In this document: positions 26,125 to 38,367 of the stretch, one piece after another
Layout: each line of letters begins with the position of its first letter
Numbering within the stretch: the first letter of the stretch is position 1
From: an uncultured Chloroflexia bacterium
GTDB taxonomy: Bacteria > Chloroflexota > Limnocylindria > Limnocylindrales > CSP1-4
Assembly: GCA_963715245.1 (NCBI GenBank)
Contig: CAVQRM010000001.1
Location: 965,456 to 1,029,455, forward strand
Direction: 5' to 3'
Length of the DNA stretch: 64,000 nucleotides
The notes under the pieces: generated by a model
The model's database searches: none
Told to the model about the DNA's origin: nothing
What the model saw: only the letters and a program-made list of their open reading frames with translations
Translations under genes and position numbers: made by a program

Positions 26125-27357
26125 ATGAGCATCGACATCCGGAACGTCGGACCGGGCGAGCACGCCGCGCTGGTCGAGGTCCTCAGCACCGCGTTCCTTG
26201 CCCGGCCCGACACCGCGGCCGTCGCGGCCGTCATCAGCGAGCGATGGGAGCCCGCCCGGACCTGGGCGGCCTGGGATGGTGACCGCCCGTGCGGCACGTT
26301 CCGGTCGTGGGGGACCGAGATCACCGTTCCCGGGCTCGCGCGCCTGCCCGCCGCGGCCGTCGCCGCCGTCACCGTCCTGCCCACGCACCGCCGGCGCGGG
26401 ATCCTGCGGATGATGGCCGCCGCGGAGCACACTGCGATCCGGGAACGGGGCGAGGCGATGGGCCTGCTCTACGCGTCCGAGTTCGGCATCTACGGCCGGT
26501 TCGGCTACGGCCCCGCGACCCGCACCGGCGCGTGGACCATCGACGTGTCGCGGACGGGGTTCGTCGACCCGGGTGCCGGGGGGACGCTGGAGATCGTCAC
26601 GCCGACCGAGGCACTTCGCGACGAGATCCGCGCCTTCTACGACGAGTGGCGGCTGGCGCGTCCGGCCGAGCTCCGCCGGCGCGACTTCACGTGGGATGCC
26701 CGCCTCGGACTCGAGCCGGACCCGTGGGGCATGCCCTGGAAGGGCTTTCTCGCCGTCCACCGCGATGCGGCGGGCGCACTCGACGGGTTCGTCCGCTACG
26801 GGGCCGAGGAGAAGTGGGATCACTTCCTCCCCGATGGCCGGCTCGAGGTCCAGGACCTCCACGCGCGAACCGACGCGGTCGAGGGGGCCCTGTGGGCGTT
26901 CCTCGGCTCGGTCGACCTCGTGCGCAGCGTGAAGGCGGGGGGCCGCTCGCCGTCGGACCGCCTGCCGTGGCGGTGCACGAACCCTCGTGCGGCCCAGCTG
27001 AGCGACGTCGGCGACGCGATGTGGGTCCGGCTGTTCGACGTTCCCGGCGCGCTTGCGGCTCGCACCTACGAGCACCCGGGCACGCTCGTGCTCGAGGTGG
27101 TCGACGAGGAGGCGGCCGGCGGGCGCTGGCGGGTCCTGCTCGACGGATCGCCGGAGGGGGCCACGTGCGTCCCGACCGATCGATCCCCGGACCTGACCCT
27201 CCCGGTCGCCGCGCTCGGCTCCGTGTACCTCGGCGCCCACCGGCTCAGCGACGTCTCCCTTCGTCTCGGCGTGGACGAGCACAGCGAGGGCGCCCTCGCC
27301 ACGGCCGACGCGATGTTCCGGACGGCCGTCGAACCCTGGTGCTCGACGTTCTTCTAG
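26125..27357 (+). CDS. Eis-like GNAT acetyltransferase with a C-terminal SCP2-like domain.
   Basis: VAAVTVLPTHRRRGILRMMAAAEHTAIRERGEAMGLLYASEFGIYGRFGYGPAT is the GNAT core. WVRLFDVPGALAARTY and LGSVYLGAHRLSD form an Eis-type tail. An alternative ATG is at 26101. Confidence 0.7.
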   Translation: MSIDIRNVGPGEHAALVEVLSTAFLARPDTAAVAAVISERWEPARTWAAWDGDRPCGTFRSWGTEITVPGLARLPAAAVAAVTVLPTHRRRGILRMMAAAEHTAIRERGEAMGLLYASEFGIYGRFGYGPATRTGAWTIDVSRTGFVDPGAGGTLEIVTPTEALRDEIRAFYDEWRLARPAELRRRDFTWDARLGLEPDPWGMPWKGFLAVHRDAAGALDGFVRYGAEEKWDHFLPDGRLEVQDLHARTDAVEGALWAFLGSVDLVRSVKAGGRSPSDRLPWRCTNPRAAQLSDVGDAMWVRLFDVPGALAARTYEHPGTLVLEVVDEEAAGGRWRVLLDGSPEGATCVPTDRSPDLTLPVAALGSVYLGAHRLSDVSLRLGVDEHSEGALATADAMFRTAVEPWCSTFF

Positions 27358-27460
27358 GTCGCGGCTGCCGTCAGCGGGTGTGGCGCGGCACGCCCCTGCG
27401 CGACAGGTGGCGATCGTGCATGCTCCACCGTGCGTCTGCGTCACCGCTCCGAGGATCACC

Positions 27461-28888
27461 ATGACAGACACCACCGACGGCGACACGGGACCCGGGTCCA
27501 CGCCAGGGCCGCCGGCCCCGGCGATGTCGTTCGGCGGCGCCGGCCGCCACCTCGGTCACAGCGAGCGGGCGTCGATCGGAAGGTCGGAACGCGATCGCGT
27601 GCCGCGTGGGGCCCTCGCCGGCTGGGAGCCGGCCCCGGGCCGCCCCGACCCGATCGAGATCCTCGAGGCGCAGGCGCAGACGCGGCTGCCGGATCTCGTC
27701 CCCATCCGGTACGGACGGATGGCGGTCTCCCCGTTCACGTTCTACCGCGGCTCGGCGGCAGTGATGGCCGCCGACCTGGCCAGCCAGCCCCGGACCTCCC
27801 TCACGGTCCAGCTGTGCGGCGACGCGCACCTGTCGAACTTCGGCGTCTTCGCGTCGCCCGAGCGCACGCTCGTGTTCGACCTCAACGACTTCGACGAGAC
27901 GCTCCCGGGACCGTTCGAGTGGGACACCAAGCGGCTCGCCGCGAGCTTCATCGTGGCGGGCAGGACGCTCGGCTGGTCCAAGGCGTTCGCCCAGCGGAGC
28001 CTCACCTTCGCGATGGGCGCCTACCGGCTGCGGATGGCGGAGTACGCAGGCATGGGTGCCCTCGAGACGTGGTACTCGCGCATCACGGTCGACGACCTCC
28101 GCGCCTACCTGCCTCGCGATCGTCGCGCGACGGGCGTCGAGGCCATCACCAGGCTCGCCGTCAGGAAGGACAACCTGGGCGCGCTCAACAAGCTCACCGT
28201 TGTCGTCGACGGTCGCCGCCAGTTCCGGGACACGCCGCCGCTGCTCACGCGCATCGGTGACGACGTGGTGCCGGACATCGACACCCTCTTCCGCGCCTAC
28301 CGGCGGACCCTTCCGCCCGACCGTCGCCAGCTGCTGGACCGCTACCGGTTCGTCGACCTCGCGCGCAAGGTCGTCGGGGTCGGGAGCGTGGGAACCCGGT
28401 GCTGGGTGGTCTACCTCGAGGGCACGCGGGATGGCGACCCGCTGTTCCTCCAGGTCAAGGAGGCGCAGGCATCCGTCCTCGAGGCCCATCTGGGCAAGGC
28501 TCGCCAGCGCCACCACGGCCAGCGCGTCGTCATCGGCCAGAAGCTGATGCAGGCGGCGAGCGACGTCTTCCTGGGCTGGATGACGGGTCCGACCGGGCCG
28601 CACTACTACTGGCGCCAGCTGTGGGACGCGAAGCTGTCCGCCGACCTCGAGGCGATGAAGGAGCCGGGCCTCCTGGCGTACGCCAGGATCTGCGGGTGGG
28701 CGCTCGCCCGCGCCCACGCCCGGTCGGGCAACGCCGCGGCGATCGCCGCGTACATGGGCACGAGCGGTCGCTTCGAGCGGTCCATGCTCGAGTTCGGCGA
28801 GGCGTACGCGGACCAGACGGAGCGGGATCACGCGGCGCTCGTCACCGCGATCGAGCTCGGTCGGGTGGAGGCGTTGCCCGGCCTCTGA
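27461..28888 (+). CDS. DUF2252-family protein.
   Basis: GAGGA lies 5 nt upstream. LVPIRYGRMAVSPFTFYRGSAAVMAADL, CGDAHLSNFGVFASPERTLVFDLNDFDET, WDTKRLAASF and VVGVGSVGTRCWV. Confidence 0.65.
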   Translation: MTDTTDGDTGPGSTPGPPAPAMSFGGAGRHLGHSERASIGRSERDRVPRGALAGWEPAPGRPDPIEILEAQAQTRLPDLVPIRYGRMAVSPFTFYRGSAAVMAADLASQPRTSLTVQLCGDAHLSNFGVFASPERTLVFDLNDFDETLPGPFEWDTKRLAASFIVAGRTLGWSKAFAQRSLTFAMGAYRLRMAEYAGMGALETWYSRITVDDLRAYLPRDRRATGVEAITRLAVRKDNLGALNKLTVVVDGRRQFRDTPPLLTRIGDDVVPDIDTLFRAYRRTLPPDRRQLLDRYRFVDLARKVVGVGSVGTRCWVVYLEGTRDGDPLFLQVKEAQASVLEAHLGKARQRHHGQRVVIGQKLMQAASDVFLGWMTGPTGPHYYWRQLWDAKLSADLEAMKEPGLLAYARICGWALARAHARSGNAAAIAAYMGTSGRFERSMLEFGEAYADQTERDHAALVTAIELGRVEALPGL

Positions 28889-28910
28889 GAGCAGGTCCTC
28901 TCCCGGCGCG

Positions 28911-30029
28911 TCAGCCGGCGGGCGGGCCCTCGCCGGCGAGGGCGGTCGCGATCCGGCGCCGCTCGCGCCGGCGCTCCACGAACAGCGCGAGATACCCGAC
29001 CGGGATCGGCACGAACCACGACATGCCGCGGAACAGCATGACGCCCGCACCGATCAGGTCGTCCCACGCCGGGTCCGCGACATACGCCGTGAAGAACGAG
29101 ATGTACAGCAGCTCCGGGAGGCCCGCTCCCCCCGGGGCGATCGGCAGCAGGGTGATCGTCATCACCGCCGCGTAGACCGCGAGCACGACATCCGGCGGGA
29201 GCACGTCCGCGGGGACGCCGACGGCGCGCAGCGACACGAGCAGGAGGACGTAGCCCATCGTCCGCGCGAGCAGCTGGCTCAGGATCGTGGGCAGCCACCG
29301 CGCCAGCAGCAGGACCTTGGCGCTGTCGCGGAAGTCCATGAGCCGCGGGGTCAGATCGTCCGGCTCTGGCCGGTGGATGCGGCGCATCACGGCGTCGGTC
29401 GCTCGGGTCGTGAAGGCGCCCACACGCAGCGCGAACTCCTCGGAGCGGAGGACCCAGATGCTGACGAGGGAGCCGAGCGCGACCGGGAGCGAGATGAGGA
29501 CCGCGAGCAGGAACCCGGTGGCCGGCAGGGTCCCGGTGACCGTCAGGAACAGGACCGCCGCGGCCGGGAGCAGGAGCTTGCTCGCCTGCGTCGCGAGGCC
29601 GTTGAGGGTCAGCCCCAGGGCGGAGTCCTCGGGCGAGATGTTCCAGCCGCGGAACAGGCGGTACCCGAAGGCCATCTTGACGGGGCCGGGGACCGTGCTG
29701 CCCACCGCGGTCGTCGACAGCCACGTCACCGTGGACCGGCCCACGCCGAGCACCGGCAGCAGCGCATTGATCGACAAGCCCTCGGAGATCCAGCCCGCCA
29801 CCCCGATGGCGAACACCACCAGCAGCCACTCCGGTGGCACCGCACGGAAGGCGTCGATGACGTCGCCGTAGTCCACGATCCGCGGCAGGAGGATGCCGAA
29901 GACGACGAACAGGTACCCGCCGACGAGGATGGCGCGGATGATCGCGGTCTTGCGCGCGGCGGCGCGCTCCGCGGGATCGGTGTTGTCGGGTCCCGACGCG
30001 AAAGCCTCGGTCAGCTGGCCGTCGGTCAT
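28911..30029 (-). CDS. UPF0104 / lysylphosphatidylglycerol-synthase-TM-region family membrane protein.
   Basis: About 8 TM segments. The motif LLPIAPGGAGLPELL is typical of this flippase-like family. No C-terminal synthase domain is present. Confidence 0.6.
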   Translation of the reverse strand: MTDGQLTEAFASGPDNTDPAERAAARKTAIIRAILVGGYLFVVFGILLPRIVDYGDVIDAFRAVPPEWLLVVFAIGVAGWISEGLSINALLPVLGVGRSTVTWLSTTAVGSTVPGPVKMAFGYRLFRGWNISPEDSALGLTLNGLATQASKLLLPAAAVLFLTVTGTLPATGFLLAVLISLPVALGSLVSIWVLRSEEFALRVGAFTTRATDAVMRRIHRPEPDDLTPRLMDFRDSAKVLLLARWLPTILSQLLARTMGYVLLLVSLRAVGVPADVLPPDVVLAVYAAVMTITLLPIAPGGAGLPELLYISFFTAYVADPAWDDLIGAGVMLFRGMSWFVPIPVGYLALFVERRRERRRIATALAGEGPPAG

Positions 30030-30264
30030 GCCGGGCCCTCGGCCTCCCGGGCCGGGACGACGCGTTCCGCGCCGGCCGCCCCGACTCGTCCTCTCGGCAC
30101 GCCCATCCTCGGGGAACTCCTGGCTGAGAACGTCATGCGCCGCGCCCGATCATGCGGCGGATGATCGCATAGGTGCTCCGTCGGACTGCAGGTGGTGCGA
30201 CCATCTGCGTCGTGGCTGACACGACGGCATTGAACCAGCGCGACGTGGAGGGCAGTGCGACCCG

Positions 30265-31902
30265 GTGATCGAGACACGTTCCGGGTCCGACTGGTGGCGG
30301 ACCGCGGTCATCTACCAGGTCTACCTGCGCAGCTTCGCCGACGGCAACGGCGACGGGATCGGCGATCTGCCCGGCCTTCGGGCCAGGCTGCCATACGTTG
30401 CGGGCCTGGGCGTGGACGCGATCTGGATCACGCCCTGGTACCCGTCGCCGATGGCCGACGGCGGGTACGACGTCGCGGACTACCGCGCGATCGACCCGCT
30501 GTTCGGCACACTCGACGACGCGCAGACCGTCCTCGACGACGCGCACGGACTGGGGTTGCGGGTGCTCGTGGACATCGTGCCCAACCACACCTCGTCCGAG
30601 CATCGCTGGTTTCAGGCCGCCCTCCGGGCCTCGCCGGGCTCCGTTGAGCGCGGGCGGTACCACTTCCGCGACGGTCGCGGGCCCGGCGGCGACGAGCCTC
30701 CGAACGACTGGCGCAGCGCGTTCGGCGGGCCGGCCTGGACCCGGGTGACCGAGACGGACGGCGCGCCGGGGCAGTGGTACCTCCACCTGTTCGCGCCCGA
30801 GCAGCCGGATCTCAACTGGGCCAGCCCGGAGATCCGCGCCGACTTCGAGCAGACGCTCCGGTTCTGGTTCGACCTGGGCGTCGACGGGTTGCGCATCGAC
30901 GTGGCGATGAACCTGGCGAAGGATCCGGACCTGCCCGATCTCGCCACGTTCGACGGTCCTCCGAGCGCCGGTCACCCGTACACCGACCGCGACGAGGTCC
31001 ACGACGTGTGGCGCTCGTGGCGTCGGATCGCCGACGGCTACGACCCGCCGCGGGTGTTCGTGGGCGAGGTGCACGTGGGCGACCCGGCCAGGCTCGCCGC
31101 CTACGCGCGCCCGGACGAGCTCCACACGGTGTTCAACTTCGAGTTCCTCAAGGCGCCGTTCGAGGCAGGCTCGCTGCGGGCGGCCGTGGACCGGACGCTC
31201 GGCGCGCTGGGCGCCGTCGGCGCGCCCTCGACGTGGGTGCTGTCGAACCACGACGAGCCGCGCCACCTCACGCGGTTCGGTCTCCCGTACACCTGGTACC
31301 GGCCCCCGGACCTCCCGGACGAGGGCGAGCCCGACCTCGCCCTCGGTACCCGGCGTGCCCGGGCTGCGGTGCTCCTGTCGCTGGCGCTCCCCGGCGGCGC
31401 CTACCTGTACCAGGGCGAGGAGCTGGGCCTGTGGGAGGTCCGCGACCTCCCGGCTGAGCTTCGACAGGACCCAGCCTGGGCGCGGTCGGGCGGGACGGTG
31501 CAGGGCCGGGACGGGTGCCGGGTGCCGCTGCCCTGGGCCGGGCAGGCCCCGCCATTCGCGTTCGGCGCCGGCGAGCTGCCGTGGCTGCCGCAGCCCGATG
31601 CGTGGCGCGACCACACCGTCGAGGCCGAGGACCGCGACCCGGGGTCGATGCTCACGCTCTACCGCGAGGCGCTCCGGCTGCGGCGCGAGACCGCCGCCCT
31701 CGTGGGCGCGCCGTTCGAGTGGCTGCCTGCCCCGGCGGACGCGCTCGTGTTCTCCCGCGGTGCGGCGTTCCGGTGCGCGCTCAACCTCGGTGCCGCGCCG
31801 CTGTCGCTTCCCGCGGACCGGCGGACGCTCGTGCGCTCCGATGGGGGATCGGGCGACCTGCCGCCCGACGTCGCCGAGTGGTTCGAGGTGACCGCGCGCT
31901 GA
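30265..31902 (+). CDS. GH13 alpha-glucosidase / oligo-1,6-glucosidase.
   Basis: [77 protein letters not shown] and YQGEELG. Confidence 0.85.
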   Translation: MIETRSGSDWWRTAVIYQVYLRSFADGNGDGIGDLPGLRARLPYVAGLGVDAIWITPWYPSPMADGGYDVADYRAIDPLFGTLDDAQTVLDDAHGLGLRVLVDIVPNHTSSEHRWFQAALRASPGSVERGRYHFRDGRGPGGDEPPNDWRSAFGGPAWTRVTETDGAPGQWYLHLFAPEQPDLNWASPEIRADFEQTLRFWFDLGVDGLRIDVAMNLAKDPDLPDLATFDGPPSAGHPYTDRDEVHDVWRSWRRIADGYDPPRVFVGEVHVGDPARLAAYARPDELHTVFNFEFLKAPFEAGSLRAAVDRTLGALGAVGAPSTWVLSNHDEPRHLTRFGLPYTWYRPPDLPDEGEPDLALGTRRARAAVLLSLALPGGAYLYQGEELGLWEVRDLPAELRQDPAWARSGGTVQGRDGCRVPLPWAGQAPPFAFGAGELPWLPQPDAWRDHTVEAEDRDPGSMLTLYREALRLRRETAALVGAPFEWLPAPADALVFSRGAAFRCALNLGAAPLSLPADRRTLVRSDGGSGDLPPDVAEWFEVTAR

Positions 31903-31931
31903 CCCGCCGCCTGCACGACCAGGGGCCGCGA

Positions 31932-31960
31932 TTGACGTATCGGCCGGTAATTCCGATAAT
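31932..31960 (+). promoter_or_regulatory. Near-consensus sigma-70-type promoter upstream of sufB: TTGACG, 17 nt, GATAAT.
   Basis: TTGACG lies at 31932-31937 and GATAAT at 31955-31960, about 105 nt upstream of the sufB ATG. The spacer and -10 contain the direct repeat GTAATTCC/GATAATTCC. Confidence 0.5.
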
Positions 31961-32066
31961 TCCACTCGGGATTAGCCCGCGACCCATCGTCTCCGCGGTC
32001 GCGGCGGTCCCGGACACGCCTATTCGACCCCATCCGGCCCGCACGCCGGCTCCGAACGGAGCAGCG

Positions 32067-33466
<1,400 letters not shown>

Positions 33467-33470
<4 letters not shown>

Positions 33471-34872
33471 CCGGGGTCGCCGAACCGTCGTCCCCCGCGC
33501 GCCCGGTGCGCGCCGCCCGTCGCTCGCCCACCGATCTGTCGGTCACGTTCCTCGACCGCGCCTTCGTGGAGGCGCTCGTCGATCGGCGCGGCGAGCCCGG
33601 CTGGCTGCGTGACGACCGTCTCGCCGCGCTCGAGCTGTTCGAGTCGCTCGACGTGGAGAGCAATCGCCTGTACACGCCCTACGTGGATCTCCGCGCGGCA
33701 TCGCTCGACGGGATCGTGCCGTACGTGGCAACCACCTCGATCGTCGACGGCGCGGACGCCGGGCCCGACAGCGAGACCGCGGGCCTGATCGAGCTCGACG
33801 AGGACGGAATCGCCGGCCTGACGCTCGCCGAAGACGCACGTGCGGCCGGCGTCCGCCTGCTGACGCTCGCCGAGCTGATCCGGACCGACGAGGCGCTCGC
33901 CCGCGAGCTGCTCCTGGGCGGCGGGCTCGTCCCCGCCGACGAGAAGCTGGGCCAGCTCTCCCGCGCGGCCTGGTCGCAGGGGGTCGTCGTCCATGTGCCC
34001 GACGGCGTGCGCGTCGAGCGCCCGATCGTCCTGCGCTGGTCGCTCGGGGCGCCGCGAGCCCTCGTCGCGCGCACGCTGATCGTCCTGGGCGACGGCGCCG
34101 AGGCGTCGATCGTCGAGGAGCTGGTGACCTCGGACGGCATCGTCGACCGGCTCCCAGGCGCTGCTGTCGGCCACGACCGAGATCCACATGGGCGCCCACG
34201 CGCGGCTGGCCATGGCGAGCCTCCAGGAGCTCGGCCCGGACCACATCGTGTTCCAGCAGCGGCTCGCCCGGCTCGGGGAGGCGGCCGACCTGCGCTGGGC
34301 GCTCGCCCAGCTCGGTGGCCGGCTCGTGCGCTCGCGGGTGGACAACGTGCTCGCTGGCGACCGGAGCACCGTCGAGCAGGTCGAGATCGTGTTCGGCGCC
34401 GACGACCAGCTGCACGACCTCACCTCGTACACCCGCCACCAGGGCCACGACACGACCGGGCGAGCTGCTCGCGAAGGGCGTGCTCATGGACCGCGCCCGG
34501 ACGTACATGAAGGGACTGATCTCGATCGAGAAGACCGCCATCGGCACCGACAGCTACCTCGGCGAGTTCGGCATGAACCTCTCGAAGTCGGCGCGCTCGG
34601 TCGCGATCCCGTCGCTCGAGATCGACCAGCCCGACTGCCGGCGCGCGATGCACAGCTCGTCCGTCGGCCCGATCGACGAGAACCAGCTGTTCTACCTCGA
34701 GAGCCGCGGGATCCCGCCCGACGAGGCACGCAAGTTCATCGTGCTCGGGTTCCTCGAGCCCGTCGTGGCACGGGTGCCGCTCGAGGATGCCCGCGAGCGA
34801 CTCCGGGCGGCGCTCGAGACCAAGTGGGCCGCCGGGCTCGGCGCGGACGGCGGATCCGCCGCCGCAGCGTGA
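33467..34872 (+). pseudogene. sufD: Fe-S cluster assembly protein SufD with two frame breaks (near 34150 and 34440).
   Basis: The ATG overlaps the sufB stop. Frame 2 runs to ..IVEELVTSDG. Frame 0 reads SQALLSATTEIHMGAHARLAMASLQELG..VEIVFGADDQLHDLTSYTRHQGHDTTG. Frame 1 reads ELLAKGVLMDRARTYMKGLISIEKTAIGTDSYLGEFGMNLS..SSVGPIDENQLFYLESRGIP. Confidence 0.8.
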
Positions 34873-34906
34873 CGCCGGCCCCCGTCCTGCCGCTACCATC
34901 GCCGTC

Positions 34907-35251
34907 GTGACACGCCGGATCGACCTGCTCCCCGTCGACGAGCTCGACGAGGGCGAGATGAAGATGGTCTGGGTCGACGAGACCGACCCGGTTCTCGTCA
35001 TCCACCTCAACGGCGAGTTCGCCGCGCTCCAGGGCACCTGCTCGCACGAGTACTACGAGCTCGATCGCGGGTTCCTGACCGCGGGCACCCTGACCTGTCC
35101 GCTCCACATGTCGCGCTTCGACCTGTCGGACGGCGAGCCGCTCGATCCGCCGGCGGAGCTGCCGCTCGCGGTGTACCCCGTCGAGATCGTCGACGGCCGG
35201 GTGACGATCGAGGTCCCGGACGGCCCGCTCGAGCTCAACGAGGACGTGTAG
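34907..35251 (+). CDS. Rieske [2Fe-2S] domain protein, suf-associated.
   Basis: GTG start. CSHEYYEL and CPLHMSRFD are the CxH...CxxH Rieske ligands. A Rieske gene after sufD is an arrangement I know from actinobacterial suf operons. Confidence 0.75.
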   Translation: MTRRIDLLPVDELDEGEMKMVWVDETDPVLVIHLNGEFAALQGTCSHEYYELDRGFLTAGTLTCPLHMSRFDLSDGEPLDPPAELPLAVYPVEIVDGRVTIEVPDGPLELNEDV

Positions 35252-35257
35252 GGGCCC

Positions 35258-35875
35258 TCAGCGGTTCGCGGCCTCGGGGCAGGGGACACCGAGCGGGAGG
35301 CGAGGCCCCTCGAAGGCCCGGATCAGCGCCTCGAGCGGGTAGGGTGCGACGCCGTTCCCGTGGGGATCGAAGATCACGACGCTGCCGCCCTCGACCGCCC
35401 GGAGCAGCTGCAGCGCGCCGCCGCGCCGCGCCGCAACCCCGACGACGACGCCGTTCACCCGGAGGCGCCAGTGCCCGTTGAGCCCGTCGTCGTGCGCGGC
35501 GGCATTGTGCTCGAGGGCGACGACCGCGTCGACGGCGACGGGGATCGCCGCCGGCAGGATGTCGGGCTCGGTCTCGACGGGGGCGAGCACCAGCTCCGAG
35601 GTCGCCCGATCCGCGCCGCACCGCGAGCAGCGGGGGCTCGAGCCGGGCGTGAGCGAGCGGCACCGGGCGCAGGCCCAGGGTCGGCCGTCCCCGCCGCGTG
35701 CGAGGGCCTGCCGAGCGGCGCCCCCCGCCCGGCGGACGGACGCGCGCATCGCCTCCCGCACCCCCCACGCGGTGATCCCCGCAGCTACGAGGATCAGGAG
35801 GAACACGACGGCGCGGAGTGTCACGGCGTCGGTGCCGCCATCGGTCGTGATCCACGTGTCGGGCGAAGGGGTCAT
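35258..35875 (-). CDS. Membrane-anchored protein with a zinc-ribbon (CxxC..CxxC), function unknown.
   Basis: One TM segment (AVVFLLILVAAGITAW) is followed by WACARCRSLTPGSSPRCSRCG. Confidence 0.5.
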   Translation of the reverse strand: MTPSPDTWITTDGGTDAVTLRAVVFLLILVAAGITAWGVREAMRASVRRAGGAARQALARGGDGRPWACARCRSLTPGSSPRCSRCGADRATSELVLAPVETEPDILPAAIPVAVDAVVALEHNAAAHDDGLNGHWRLRVNGVVVGVAARRGGALQLLRAVEGGSVVIFDPHGNGVAPYPLEALIRAFEGPRLPLGVPCPEAANR

Positions 35876-35940
35876 CGCGTCGATGGTGCCAATCTCAGCT
35901 CGCGATCTGCAATGGGCAGGAGGTCACGTACGATCCCGCG

Positions 35941-36513
35941 GTGCACGTCTACCTCGAGACAGACCGCCTGATCCTGCGCCAGCTCACGGCCGACGACCTC
36001 GAGGACCTCGTCGCGCTCGACGCCGACCCTGCGGTGATGCGCTACATCAACGGTGGCCGCCCGACCCCGCGCGAGGAGATGCGGAACGACTATCTCCCGT
36101 GGTGGCTCGCGTACTACGAGCGGGGGACGGCCTGGGGATTCTGGGCGGCGATCGAGCGCGCGACGGGCCGATTCCTCGGCTGGTTCCACCTGCGGCCGCG
36201 CGAGACGGACCCGCCCGACGAGCCGGAGCTCGGCTACCGCCTGGTCCGCGAGGCATGGGGCAAGGGCTTCGCCACCGAGGGCTCGCGAGCGCTCGTCGAC
36301 CGCGCGTTCGCCGAGCTCGGTGCCAGGCGGGTCCACGCCTCGACGATGAAGGCCAACACGGGCTCCTGGCGCGTGATGGAGCACGTCGGCATGCGGCTCG
36401 TCCGCCTGTCGTTCGGCGAGTGGCCGGAACGGATCCCCGGCGACGAGGAGGGCGACGTCGAGTATGCGATCACCCGCGAGGAGTGGGAGGCGGCACGGGC
36501 GGGCAGGGATTGA
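35941..36513 (+). CDS. GNAT-family N-acetyltransferase (RimJ/RimL-like).
   Basis: LETDRLILRQLTADDLEDLVALDADP, ELGYRLVREAWGKGFATEGSRALVDRAF and NTGSWRVMEHVGM. Confidence 0.8.
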   Translation: MHVYLETDRLILRQLTADDLEDLVALDADPAVMRYINGGRPTPREEMRNDYLPWWLAYYERGTAWGFWAAIERATGRFLGWFHLRPRETDPPDEPELGYRLVREAWGKGFATEGSRALVDRAFAELGARRVHASTMKANTGSWRVMEHVGMRLVRLSFGEWPERIPGDEEGDVEYAITREEWEAARAGRD

Positions 36514-36531
36514 GCCACGCCGGCCAGGGCG

Positions 36532-37242
36532 TCAGTCGACGAGCGTGCCGCCGTTGATGTCCACGATCTCGCCCGTGATGTAGCCCGCGTACGACGAGCA
36601 CAGGAACACCGCAAGCGTCGCGACCTCGTCGATCGTGCCGTAGCGGCCGACCGGGATGTGCGACGCGGTCTCCCGGGTCGTCGCCAGCTTGCCGGTGTCG
36701 ATGAACGCGGGGGCGAGCGCGTTGGCCGTGATGCCGTCCCTCGCGTACTCGTTCGCGATCGACTTCATGAGCGTCATGACACCGGCCTTGGATGCGGCGT
36801 AGGCCGCCACCGACCGCGTGCCGCCACCCTTGCCGGCCGACGCGCCGATCCCGACGATGCGCCCGTACCCCTGCTCGCGCATCCCCGGCAGCGCGCGCCG
36901 CGCGGTGATGAACGAGCCGGTGAGGTTGATCGCGAGCGTCCGCTCCCACAGCTCGAGCGACGTCTGCTCGAACGGCACGACCGGGAAGATCCCGGCGTTG
37001 AGGACCAGCACCGACGGGGTGCCCAGCCGGGCCTCGATCTCGGTGAACGCGGCCTCGACCGCCGCCTCCTCGCTGACGTCGCACTCGATGCCGAGGACGC
37101 CCTCGAGGTGGATGGGGTTGAGGTCCAGTCCGGCGACCCGAGCGCCGTTCCCGGCGAGCAGCTCCGCGATCCGCAGGCCGATGCCGCGGGCGGCACCGGT
37201 GACGACGGCGACCCGGCCGTCCAGACCCTCGACGTGGATCAC
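36532..37242 (-). CDS. SDR-family oxidoreductase (FabG-like).
   Basis: GGAGG lies 5 nt before the GTG. VAVVTGAARGIGLRIA is the TGxxxGxG motif. LVLNAGI and AAYAASKAGV provide the YxxxK motif. ITANALAPAFIDT. Confidence 0.85.
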   Translation of the reverse strand: MIHVEGLDGRVAVVTGAARGIGLRIAELLAGNGARVAGLDLNPIHLEGVLGIECDVSEEAAVEAAFTEIEARLGTPSVLVLNAGIFPVVPFEQTSLELWERTLAINLTGSFITARRALPGMREQGYGRIVGIGASAGKGGGTRSVAAYAASKAGVMTLMKSIANEYARDGITANALAPAFIDTGKLATTRETASHIPVGRYGTIDEVATLAVFLCSSYAGYITGEIVDINGGTLVD

Positions 37243-37365
37243 GCGCGCCTCCGTCTGCGATCGGCGCCGGACGAGTTCCGGCGCGCGGGACGTGCACCTG
37301 ACGCTACCACCGGCGGCCGGTACCCACAACGCACGCCCGGCAGGCCCGACGGCCTGGCGGCGCCG

Positions 37366-38328
37366 CTAGACCACCGGGCTCGCGCCACCTTCGACCGGCG
37401 CCAGCTCCGGGTCGGAGCGGACCTGCAGCACCAGCGCACCCAGGAGGACCAGGCCGCCCCCGGCGACCTGGACGGGCGCCAGCGTCTCGCCCAGCCAGAG
37501 CGCGGCGAGCACGGCGGCGACGACCGGTTCGAGCAGCATGAGGATCCCCGTCCGGGTCCCGCCCAGCCTGCGGATCGCGGTCAGGAACAGCAGCGACGAG
37601 AGGCCCGCGGCCAGCACGCCCGCGGCGAGCAGGATCGGCAGCGGGTCCAGCGAGCGGAAGGGCGCCAACAGGTCCTCGGTCTGCCCGACGAAGGGTGCGA
37701 TCACCACCGCCCCGATCATGGACACCGACAGGATCACCAGGGTGGCCGCGTCTGTCGGCACCGAGCGATACCCGTTGCGGGTCACCGAGACGAACACGAC
37801 CTGGCTCGCGGCGGCGCACAGCGCGAGCACAACGCCGAGCGGGTTGAACGTGAACCCTGCCGACGGGTCCACGCCCCCGAGGAGCACGAGCACCACCCCG
37901 GTCGACGCGACTGCCAGCGCGAGCACCCGCGAGGGCGTGATGCGCTCCCGACCGAGCGCCACGTCGACCACGACCACGCCCGCCGGGTACGTGTAGAACA
38001 GCATCACGGCGAGGGCGACCGGGATCAGCCCAAAGGCGGTGAACATCGTGACGTTGAGCGTGAGGCCCATGGTCGCCGCGAGGGCCAGCGATGCCCTGCC
38101 TCGCCCCGGGAGTCCGCGCACGGCGGCCAGCGAGCTGCCAACCCCGCGCCGCAATGCGATCAGGGCGCCGAGGAAGACGACCCCGAGGAGCGCGCGCCAG
38201 GCCGTGAACGCGACGCCGTCCACGCCCGCCTCCGCGCCGAACCGCGCCAGCGACCCCAGCATGCCGAACAGCGCCGCGGCCACGACGGCCGAGGCGGTGC
38301 CGATGGCGGTGTCGCGGTCGCGGGGCAT
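37366..38328 (-). CDS. DMT-superfamily (EamA-like) transporter.
   Basis: About 10 TM helices in two EamA-type halves (..FTAWRALLGVVFL.. and ..LLFLTAIRRLGGTRTGILMLLEPVVAAVLAALWLGE). Confidence 0.75.
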   Translation of the reverse strand: MPRDRDTAIGTASAVVAAALFGMLGSLARFGAEAGVDGVAFTAWRALLGVVFLGALIALRRGVGSSLAAVRGLPGRGRASLALAATMGLTLNVTMFTAFGLIPVALAVMLFYTYPAGVVVVDVALGRERITPSRVLALAVASTGVVLVLLGGVDPSAGFTFNPLGVVLALCAAASQVVFVSVTRNGYRSVPTDAATLVILSVSMIGAVVIAPFVGQTEDLLAPFRSLDPLPILLAAGVLAAGLSSLLFLTAIRRLGGTRTGILMLLEPVVAAVLAALWLGETLAPVQVAGGGLVLLGALVLQVRSDPELAPVEGGASPVV

Positions 38329-38367
38329 GGCGGCCCATGGTACCGGCGACGGGTGTCGCGCCGCCGG

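Noticed and set aside
22732-27501. A 1589-aa ORF on the minus strand spanning four plus-strand genes.
   Set aside because: It lies antisense to the well-supported AI-2E fusion, YcaQ-like, Eis-like and DUF2252 genes. Its translation is an Arg/Gly/Pro/Asp/His-rich low-complexity string with no motifs. Stop-free antisense frames of this kind are expected at this GC content.
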